Assembly: GCF_963921235.1 (NCBI RefSeq)
Contig: NC_086097.1
Span: 236,780,001 to 236,844,000, forward strand
Direction of reading: 5' to 3'
DNA from: Mobula hypostoma
Taxonomy: Eukaryota
DNA length: 64,000 bases
The translations under genes were made by a program, and so were the position numbers. The notes below the pieces were generated by a model. The model did not search any database, was not told the DNA's origin, and saw nothing but the letters and a program-made list of their open reading frames with translations. This document shows, in pieces, positions 63,770-64,000 of the stretch. Numbering within the stretch: the first letter of the stretch is position 1; every line of letters starts with the position of its first letter.

Positions 63770-64000
63770 GTCAATGTGGAGCGGAGAGCGAGTTTGTAAA
63801 TCTGGCGGGAGCAAAAGTTGTTGGAAATGGCAAGGGTGGAGCGTCACGGATATGGTATGGGACAGGTAACAGAGGTCACAGGTGCTGGGGCATGAGTAGC
63901 ACAGGTGTAGACACACCCAGCCCTGAGACATCAGGCTAGGTCAGTTGATTCCAAACTATTGGTTTTTTGATCATTACAGAATGTCTCTCTGGTGCTTCCT

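Noticed and set aside
1..64000. Many 60-200 aa ORFs in the track as novel genes
   Set aside because: They are antisense or alternative-frame shadows of CR1, Penelope, Rex1, LTR and SINE sequence. Repeated identical ORFs reflect the duplication.

Overview
Eukaryotic, repeat-saturated DNA with no supportable host gene. The mix of CR1, Penelope, Rex1, L1, SINE and hAT elements points to a cartilaginous fish, probably a ray (inference). Nearly all ORFs in the track are transposon-derived or antisense shadows of them. Main structures: (1) a 5'-truncated HERO/R2-type (RLE) retrotransposon at 10708-11119. Its 3' UTR holds all three hammerhead core strands in a non-circularly-permuted, pseudoknotted order plus a kink-turn. 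This is my best candidate for an undescribed RNA system. (2) A near-identical DUP-TRP/INV-DUP rearrangement (~20.9-39.5 kb, direct offset 10,904 bp) whose two junctions lie inside inverted pairs of young retrotransposons. (3) Penelope-like elements with minimal hammerhead motifs, occurring as ordinary truncated copies, as head-to-head pairs sharing one TSD, and as ~100-130 bp ribozyme-only inserts. (4) An in-frame pogo/Tigger DNA-binding domain fused to a KIAA1586-type hAT transposase. (5) One old CR1 (20.2-43.4 kb) hosting a multi-level nest of insertions. Coordinates were read by eye and boundaries of degenerate elements are approximate.
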